Shown: positions 45,700 to 55,042 of the stretch, one piece after another | Layout of the letters: each line of letters starts with the position of its first letter | Position numbering within the stretch: position 1 is the stretch's first letter | From: Vitrella brassicaformis CCMP3155 | Taxonomy: Eukaryota; Protista; Chromerida | Assembly: GCA_001179505.1 (NCBI GenBank) | Contig: CDMY01000523.1 | Span: 1-57,834, forward strand | Length of the DNA stretch: 57,834 nucleotides | Direction: 5' to 3' | The notes under the pieces: generated by a model | Seen by the model: the letters and a program-made list of their open reading frames with translations, nothing else | What the model was told of the DNA's origin: nothing | Database searches by the model: none | Position numbers and translations under genes: made by a program

Positions 45700-47155
45700 G
45701 AGTCATCTTGATCACCAAAGCAATCACCAAAGCAACAGGCAACAAGAGGCGGGCCAACAAAACAACAGCAGGAAGATCAACAATCGTGAAAATCTGTTTC
45801 TCGGCGTGTCTCGTGTGCGTTGCGACCCACCAATTTGCCTTGTTATGCTTCGAACCAACTCTTCGTGCTGACAGCCGCATTGCTTTAGGGCCAGCGCACT
45901 GCCAAAGGGGAATTCGGGCCGTCTTGTTTTCGCAGTTCCTCGGTCGCTACGTGAAAGGGACCCTCAAGCCCGACAGCTCGTCCACGTCTGATGCACACGC
46001 CATCGCCATCACCGGCCGTATCAGCACCGTCCACACGGTGCTGCTGATCCCCACTCGATGTGCCCATCGCACCTGCGGATCCGATATTTGTACTCGAGCT
46101 TTTCGCCCGCAGCCAGCACCAGCTCCTCAGCGAGCGTCCACTACGGGAACGTCGGGTGATCTGTCGTCATGGCCAGGCCCTTGCTGACATCCCAGCTGCC
46201 GAGGGCCCCGCTTCCCCGTTCGTCCGTTAGGCTGTACAACGTGTGTAACGGTTGACTGTGTAGCTGTCTGTTTGTGTGCCGGCGCCATCCCGTGCAAACC
46301 CCATTCATAGTGACAACGAGTCCCATGTAATAACACTACTGCCATGCCACCTACGCAGAGCACCTTGACATCACAAATGCACCCGTCCCTGAGGGAGGTC
46401 GCATGCCTCTCTGCACCACCAAGACATCGGTGCAGGGAGGGCACATGACCATCCACAGGGGCTAGATGACATGAACACGCAGCATGCGGGGTCAGCGGTG
46501 GATGGTGTGCGAGACAGATCCCCTAGTGGGAGCAGGTAACACGAGTGCCCAGAGAGACGACCACATGGATGACCCTTCCTAACAGCCGCCAAGAGATGCC
46601 CTTACGCGCCAGCGATAACCAAATATAAGACCGACAAGCAGGTACAGGCAACTAAGGCACAAGCAGGGATACCAGGGAGCGCCACGCACAGCCAGCCACC
46701 GAAGGAAAGGAAAACACAGATGGGAGGGTGGGAGGGAAAAAAGCAGCGCATACCCATGCCTGCGAATGAACCAAAGACCCACAGACACACACACCAGGTC
46801 CGGATGATGCAGGTCCACCGACCCATGCATATGTGTCCCTCCCCCCCCTCCATATATATGCACACGTACCTGCGAATGAACCAAAGACCCCTTTCTGAAA
46901 GAAAGAAAACCGGGCGCTCAACCCTACCCCAAAAGCAAACCGACAGAAATGCAACTCACGACCCGCACGCAGCCAGCCAGCCACCCAACGCATCCTCCCT
47001 CACTCCAGAAACTCCCTTCCTCCCAGAAAAACCAAGCTGCCGACAAACACATTTCATTTCCCGGCTCCGTCACGCTGCTACACGCTGCACTTGCAGCAAA
47101 AGGAGAGATACGATGCACTCACGGGGTTCTGCTCTCGCTGCTGCCGCCTGCGCAT
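45700..47155 (-). pseudogene. Inverted CBM20 pseudogene copy, split by an insertion and fused to a fragment of the 50-52 kb family
   Basis: ATG at 47155 gives MRRRQQREQNPVSASYLSFCCKCSV, then a 10-nt duplication causes a frameshift. After the insertion it reads GALGSWDVSKGLAMTTDHPTFP*WTLAEELVL (TAG at 46143-46141). About 45700-45930 aligns to about 50290-50480. Confidence 0.8.
46212..47034. mobile_element. 823-bp insertion of unknown type interrupting the CBM20 pseudogene
   Basis: The intact copy reads GGCAGCT/GCGGGGCCCTC contiguously (about 47640); here the halves are 823 bp apart. It has an internal 22-bp direct repeat (46759-46780, 46869-46890). No TIR, TSD or ORF was recognised. Confidence 0.5.
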
Positions 47156-47532
47156 CGTGGCAGTCAACAGAGGAGGCCGGGCGGCGGAGCCGATGGGTTG
47201 GGAGGGGATGCCGGAAGACAGAGTCTGACGCCAGATGCGATGGATGAGACCTCTGGCCATGGAGCTTGGGAGGTTCAAGTCGGAGATCTGAGTCGTCGAG
47301 CCTCAGCTCACACACCCCTTTGCCTTCGGGGAAGGGGGAAGAGAGAGAGGAAGATCTGCGAGCTCAGCCCGCAGACTTCTCCCTCTTTCTCCCCCTCTTC
47401 TTTTTAGAGCTCTCATTCGTCTTATCTGTTCCCATCTTGCCCGGCATCCCCTCCCAGCCCATCGCCTCTCCCGCCCGGCCTCTCTTTTGGGGATCACGGC
47501 CGTAAGTTCAACTCAGTTCACTGACGGCCGTG

Positions 47533-49432
47533 ATGCAGACAAAGCAGCACCGACATGTACAGCCGGCGAGTGCATCCTATATCTCTTTCCGCTGCAAGTG
47601 CAGCGTGACGGAGCCGGGAGATGAGCTGGTGTTGGTCGGCAGCTGCGGGGCCCTCGGCAGCTGGGATGTCAGCAAGGGCCTGGCGATGACGACAGATCAC
47701 CATACGTTCCCACAGTGGACGCTTGCTGAGGAGCTGGTGCTGGCTGCCGGCGAAAAGCTCGAGTACAAGTACGCGATCCGCAGGAGCGATGGGCACATCG
47801 AGTGGGAGCCACTGGAAGGTATCGCGGTCGATTGCATGAGAGTGTCTGCATCCATCAACTTGACGGCCTTGTTATTGCGTGTCGTGCTTGCAGGCAATCG
47901 TTTGATCCGGTCGCTGCCGACGGGCCGCTTCTCGCTGGACGACAGCTGGGGTACACAGATATGAACATACGCACAAACACGCGTATGCGGAGTGTCTCTG
48001 TTAATCTCTCTGTGTATGGGTGCATGCAGGTGTGCTGCCGCCATTTACCTTGATGAAGGCCAAGTTTCCCCACTGCACGCTTTCGCCTTCCCACCAGCAG
48101 CAGCAGCAGCAGCATAGCCAGAATCAAGAACAGCATCCCTTCACATACATCTTCGTCGGCCGCCGCACCTACTGGCTGCTGAGCATAGAGGACGTCGTGC
48201 GGCTGAGGGCCACCTGTACGTGTCTCGGAGAGCTCTTCGGAGCGGCCCAGCTAAGAGATCGGCTCCGCCACTCGCTGGGCTCACAGGCGGGGCTGCGGCG
48301 GGTGGTGAATGGGCAGCAAGTGCAGCTGCTGCGGCTCGACGACGACCAGTTCGGCGCCCATGATCTGGTGGCGGCTGTGTGTGTGGTGCAGGAGGGGCAC
48401 TGGGGCGAGATGGGCGAGGTGATTGAGCTGGCGGGGCAGTGCGGCAACTGTGACCTGCCTGTGACCCTTAGTGGGGCTGACATCAACACACACACAAACA
48501 TAACGGTGAGCCAGCAGACAGAGGGGCGGGCAGGGAAGGGAGAGGGCCCCATTCTCTCTAGGTGTCTGTGTGTGGTCCTGTGTGTAGGCGTATGTGTCGG
48601 CTCCCCGTGTCTTGGCGCAGCTCAATATGGTCGGCCGCTACGTCCACTTCAGTGACGACACCAGCCTGCAGCTGTTCTACCACGGCAACGGTGAGGTGCG
48701 GGCCATCATCGACGAGCCCGGCTTCCGCTTGGAGGTCGACCCGCCCCTCCCCGCCGGCCACATGTACCAGGAGCACCGGCAGCCACACGACCCACCGTCG
48801 CGCAGCAGCATCGCATATTTTTTGCCTGGGGGCTGGCGACCGCTGACTGCTCCTTATGCCTACGCATCTGTGTCGTCGTTTGTCAAGAGGATGATCCTTT
48901 ACCACTTCACAGCAGCCCACCAGCACCAGTACAATTTGTCATGGCATTCACTCGTTAGGTACGACACCAACGACACCAAGGGGGCGGAAGGAACACCACC
49001 AGAAGTCATTTGTTGGTGTGGTTGGTTCAGGGGTGTCGGTGGCGGCCGTCTGGATCGCCTGTTGACCGAGTCACCCCACACACCAGTGGCCGGCTGCACG
49101 ACGACAATCAGCCAGTGGTCGCGGCACATCGGTGGCGGGGTTCCCTGGCGATACCTGGTGCTCACCGACAGCAGCCACCCATTCGTCGCATGGATTGAGA
49201 TTAAGCCATACCCAACCAACCGCGGTCAGGGTGGCACATGGGGAGAGTGCTGCTTGTCAAATGGGTTGTGTGTGTGTGTGTGTGTGCAGTGCATGTCTGT
49301 ATCGTGACGACTGAGGCGGCTGTGTGTGAGCGTGGTTTGTTCAAGTACCGCTTTCCGGCCACCGCCCAGGTGGCTCGCGTGGCGTTGGGGGCGGTAGGGC
49401 GTTGGTGGCACCTTCAAGTATCTGCAACATGA
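47533..49432 (+). CDS. CBM20 starch-binding domain fused to a lineage-specific protein with an F-box-like motif, 5 exons, about 534 aa
   Basis: Exons 47533-47818, 47894-47950, 48030-48505, 48588-49230, 49290-49432 total 1605 nt and are in phase. CBM20: GDELVLVGSCGALGSWDVSKGLAM...FPQWT...LEYKYAIRRSDGHIEWE..GNR. The downstream YWLLSIEDVVRLRATCTCL is weakly F-box-like. Confidence 0.8.
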
Positions 49433-50199
49433 TGATGACCGATCCATCAGCCGTCACGCACTGGTGGGTGCGCAGCGATACATCCCCTCTGTCGCCAATG
49501 ACTCGCCATGTTGCTGAGTGCCGCCCTGCCCTCTGTGTGTCTGTTGTCAGGAGGGCATCTCAAGTTGGGTGGTGGCTCTCGTCACTCATCTCTGTCGCCG
49601 ATCGGTTTGTTCTTCAGGACACATTGCCCATCGCTCACTGTGTGGACCAGCTGCTGCTGCTGTGTGACCGAATGGCTGGCGTGGCTCTGATGGGTGTGGG
49701 TGTGGGCGTAAGTGCATCTAGTGTAAGTGCATCTGGTGTGGGTGTGGGTGCCGGCCGATTTTGATGTCATGCCCCGGTCGATGTGTGAGTATGTTTGCTG
49801 CCTGGCTGACTCACCTGCCTGCCATCACTCTCTCTCGAGGTGACTGTTTGCTGGAGTGTGTCTGCCTGTGCGTGCCGCGGTTGACGGCCGTCAAGTGACT
49901 GAGTTGACTTAGTGAATTGGTCACTCTTACAAATGGCCCGGCCCCTCCGGTCCGCCACACAGACAGAGATGCTGCCGACACCGTTTACCACACAGACAGA
50001 CCTGACATGTATCCACACCCACCCCGCCCCAAAGTACCAACACACACACTCGGAGCCATCCATCGATCTGTCCACAGGTGTCAGCGGTGGGTCATGTGTG
50101 TGGGTATACAATCATGACACACAGACGGATGGCACAAGGACACATCCGCCACCTTACTATGTCGTGCCTCTTGCATTCCTTCTTGCCCGCATTATTGAA

Positions 50200-52217
50200 T
50201 AATCGCAGACACTCATTTTTGTCTCTCGAGCTCGAGAAGTCACTAGTACAGCCCAGCTTATTGTCGGACGATGCCTCATAATCATCTTGATCAACAGACA
50301 ACAGAGGGCAAACCTACGCCGTGATCAAAATCTGTTTCTCGGCGTGTCTCTGTGCACTGGACCCACCAATTTGCCTCGTTGGGCTTCGAGTAGCTCGAGC
50401 ACCATTCCTTGCTCGTGCTGACAGTTGCATTGCTTCAGGACTAGCGCAAAGGGGAGTTGGGGCCGTCTCATTTTGACAGAAAGCGTTGACAGAAGGCGTT
50501 GACGCGTTGCCTCACTGGGCAGCCCCACCGCGACCGGCGATGTGGGGCCGTCTTATTTCAGCAACGCACCGTGGCTTGGGTGTTGGCCACCCACGGCAGA
50601 TGCGCCTTGTCACGAGCCTGCTGCCGCCCCCTCTGCCGTGGTGGCTGTCTGCCCCGGCTGCATCTCCCTCTCAATGATAAAGCGGTCGCCAGAAGGTGTT
50701 GTCGTGGAACCCCAGGTCAGCCATTCTCCACTGTGACACGGGTACACAGAGGTGCTCAGCGGAGCTGCCTACGGGCCAGCTGGGGTCTTTGAGGCCGTCG
50801 GCAAGCGCACCAATGGCGGGGCTAGCGACGTGCGCGAGTCTTTCCAGTCGTCGGAAAATGTTGAGAACATGCCCCGCCTCGGGCAGCTGCCACAGCCGCG
50901 CAGCGTCCCTCTGGTATATGTCCCACGCCTGTGTGAAGAAGCCCCTCGCTGAAGCAGGCAGGCTGCTAAAGGCAGGGTTGCCGACCTTCCCCGGCCTCCT
51001 GCTGCTCTCGAACAGCACGTAAGAGCCCAGGCGGTCGTCGTGGCGTGTGACGTGTGCGTGTCCGAGGTAGGTGTCGCGGAGGAGGGTGACGAATCGGTGG
51101 AAATCCTCGGACCCCAGCGGGTCGATGGACGACGTAAAGGGCTGCAGAGTGTGCTCCAGCAGGGCGGGGGTCACCTTGTCGGCCAAACGGAGCCGATGCA
51201 GCACCTCTATAGCCTGGGAAAAGGTGAACTCAGACAGCCTGCAAGGACACAGCGAGACAGTTACGACATAAGTTCATGACGCGGGAGGCACGTATTTGCT
51301 CACCTTGTCTGGAGCTGTTGTGCAATGGCATCAATGAGAGCATCAGTGGTGTTGGTTGGGGCCCAGTGGTCGGGTCGCCCTCTACGATACTGCACCGTTG
51401 CCCCCGCCCCCGCCAGCAGCCGCACAAGGTCGCTGTCTGTGGCGTTGCTGTGCTGCAGAGCCGCACTTTCCAATCGCTGCACGGCATCCCTCACCGTGCT
51501 GCCGACATTCCACCCCCGTCATGCGGACGAGGCGGCCGTAGTCCTCCGCCTCCAGCTTGAGCAGCAGGTGGTCGTCCATCAGGGTGAGGCACGTGACGGC
51601 AAGGAGGTCTTTGGTCTTGCTTCGCCGCTCGTTGAGCAGGCTGAAGACGACGTGCGCCGTCCTGTTGGCGTCCACACTCGCCCGATTCTGGCGGATCTTA
51701 ACAACACTCTCCTGCCGCTGGCTCAGCAGCGACGAGTAATTGGGGCCGTCGTCGTTGAACAGTTGCATGTTGTTTCTGAGCCACTTGCCGCGGTCATAGG
51801 CGAAGAAACGTTGAAGGGCAACAGCTCGTCCAGACGCTCGTCGACAAACACTGCAAACGACGGCACGTCCTTGGTCAGGTTGTAATCGCCCGCCCGCTCA
51901 GAGTCCACCTTCCTCAGCTCAACCAGGCCGCCGCCGCCACCACGAGAGTCCCCGTTGGCGAGAGTGGGGGCGCTGGTGAAAATTGAAATGGCAATCAGCA
52001 GCGACACTCAGGTCCACCACAGATCTCCCAACCGCCGCTCGTAGGGCCGGTCTGCCGCTCTGCTTGCGCATGCCATGCTGGCGGGAGATGGCGGGTGGGT
52101 CAAGGACGCCGTGAGTGAGTGGGGAGTCGGCGGGCGGTACGAGGTGGTGCGGATGGGCAGCAGGAGGGCCACGTACATGCTGCATAACGATGCTGCATCG
52201 AGCCAGTAGTGGTGCAT
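50200..52217 (-). pseudogene. Pseudogene of an unrecognised family with an N-terminal hydrophobic anchor
   Basis: Protein-like text runs through successive frames (ORFs 52008-52217, 51723-52007, 51382-51768, 51300-51494, 50671-51204). It has an in-frame TGA at about 52008, frameshifts at about 51790 and 51500, and a GT-AG intron at about 51243-51303. Confidence 0.65.
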
Positions 52218-52453
52218 CGAGATGCATGCTGGCGATGTCAGCGGACCTTGAGCATCGTATAAGCGTGGTAACGAGACCAGGAGGGACAGCAGAACCCTTC
52301 AGCACGTGCGTGAAGAAGATCCTTCTTCTTCCTCCCCAGGCTCCAAGCTCGCAGATCTATCGCCACGTTTCTTCGTGTTCGCCGACGCTTGAATGCCACA
52401 AGCAGAGGCCTAGGCCTTGGAGCGTCCATCAAGCAGAGCCTCCACCCGGGACC

Positions 52454-55009
52454 ATGATGCCCCAGCATTTGCCCGACGACTCGACTCTGCCGCCCAGGCC
52501 TCCCAATTGCTCCCTCGAGGAGCCCTCTTCTCGGATCTGCAGGAGTATGTTCCAACAGCTGGCCACTCAGACCGGAATCCCCGCACGCATCAAGGTGACC
52601 ACCACGGGAGGGACAGGGAGGCACAAGCAGACACGAGGGAGGGGACTTCCCTCCCTCGTGTGTGCCTCGTGTGTGGGGCGGGCTGGGCCGTCCGTCCGTC
52701 CGTCCCTCCCTCGTGTGTACCTGGGCTAGACCTCGTGCTGATTGCCCGATGTGTGTGTCGATTGATGTTGATGAATGCAGGAGGGGGCGATCTGCGCCTA
52801 CCGTATCATGCGCAGGGCGGAGTACAGGCGGCGAACTGAGGCGAGCAGGCGCGAAAGGGCGCCTTCACGGGAGCAGGTCAGTCAAGGAAAGGAGTTACCT
52901 CAGTCACCTTACGCACAGGCAGACGGACAGACGGGCAGACAGACAGACAGACACAGGGTGGGGAGGCAGGCAGACAAGGAGAGAAATACCGACCGATGGC
53001 TGGTGCCTGACCCAATCGACGACACAGCGGCTATGTGTGTGTGTGTGTGTGCGTGTGGTCAGAGCCTGGCTAGAGCCAAGCAGCGTATCGAGCAAGCCGA
53101 AGCGCGAGGGTATAAGGGCCTCTCGGAGACCCTGGAGGACCAGAAGTTGACGCCCACATTCCTGCGCACTGAAACACCCACACAGCCACTCCAGGCGTCA
53201 GCACAAGGTCGGCGGGGTGGGCCGCTGCACTCAATCGGCAACACGCGGCGCAGGCAGACATGGCCACGCTGGCTCGACTGATTCCCGGTTGTTCAAACAT
53301 TGGTTCGTTTGTGTTTGTGTTTGTGTGTTTGTGTGTTGGTGTGTCGGTTGGCAGTTGCAGGTCGTATTGCGTCCCCTGTGTCGGCCCCTCCCCCGTCCGC
53401 CCCGCCTCCGTCCGCACAGCGCACTGCACCACACGAGCAGCAACCACAGACCTCCAGAGGTGGGCGACCAGCGCACGCCCCATCACTCATGACAGATTGC
53501 CGGTGCCATGTCATGTGGTGCTGTGTTGTGTTGTGTCGTGTTGTGTGGTGTTGTGTTGTGGTGACTGTTCAGGTACGGATGCGTCGACCACGGCGGCTAC
53601 GACCTCGACAGGCAGCATCACATCGTTGCGCAACTTGGGTAAGTACGCACGTCACGCACGCGGGCGGGCGGGCAGGGGCGAGTGGGGCAAGACCCACTAC
53701 CCCACCAACCACTCGATGGATGTCGTTCGTGTGTGTGTGTGTGTGTGTGATTGTGTGGTTGATCGTGTCGTCCGTCACGTCAGGGACTGAGTACGGCGGC
53801 AGTCCCTCGGCCAAAACTGCACCCATCCGACTCTCGCCCGACACGAGGTCAGTTCAGTGAGTGATTGGGGCGCTGTCACACAGCCGCACCAACACAGGCA
53901 CTGTCTGTGTATCTATCGTCTGTCTGCTGTGTGTGCTTCAGTCGGAATGACATCATGTTGTTGAAGTGGGAGATGCCGGGCAAGTACGTCGAGGTGGCGG
54001 GGGCCTTCCCCAACCCCGCTTGGGAGGTTAGACTCCCACTCTTCAAGTGCCCGCGGTAGACATCCATCCATCCATCCATCCACACACGCCTCTCTGCACA
54101 CGCCTCTCTCACTGTGCTGTGCTGTGTTGTGCTGTGTTGTGTTGTGCTGTGTTTGACGTGTGTCGTCCATCCCATCATTCATTCGCAGCACTGGAGTCTT
54201 CTGGTTGTCGTTGCAAGAGGCCTTGCCGGCGGTGCAGTCCGGCGTCTATCAGTTCAAGTACATCGTCGACGACGAGTGGAAATGCGACATGTCACTGCCG
54301 ACGAAAGACGTAAGTGTCCTCGTGACACACACACACACACACACACACATGGATGCATTTGTATATGTGTGTGTGTGATGTTCGTATGCAGGATGGTAGT
54401 GGCAACACCAACAACAGCATGATGGTGGTGGCAGCTGCTGGTATCCTAGAGTGGAAACATCCCGCACAGCGGACCGTCTTACTGGCGGGTGCGCAGCCAC
54501 ACTCACACAGGGAGAGAGAGAGAAAGAGAGAGCGACATGGATTCCCATTGTATCTATGGGGTGCTGAAATGTGTACGCACATTCAGGGTCATTCACAGAG
54601 CCGCCATGGAAGCGACAGATGCCGCTCGCCTATGACCCACGGTCAGTGCTGTGGACGAGTGAATGGGCGATCAAACACGTGGACCTGATCTGCACACCTC
54701 TTTGTGTGTGTGTGTGTGGGTGCCTAACTATGCAGAGATTCCACCTACCGGATCTCGCTTCAAGAAGCCGTCCCGGAGCTGCGGCCCGGTACGGCTGTGG
54801 CACACACACGTGGAAAGGTCCGACGAGCGACGTGTGTGTGGTCTGTGGTTTGCTGTGGGCCATCACATGTGAGCAGGGTCCTATCAGTTCAAGTACATCG
54901 TCGACGACGAGTGGAAATGCGACCCGTCACTCCCGACACAAAATGTAAGTGTCCTCGTGACACACACACACACAGAGGCGTCTGCGTGTACACACATCGG
55001 TGCATTCCC

Positions 55010-55042
<33 letters not shown>

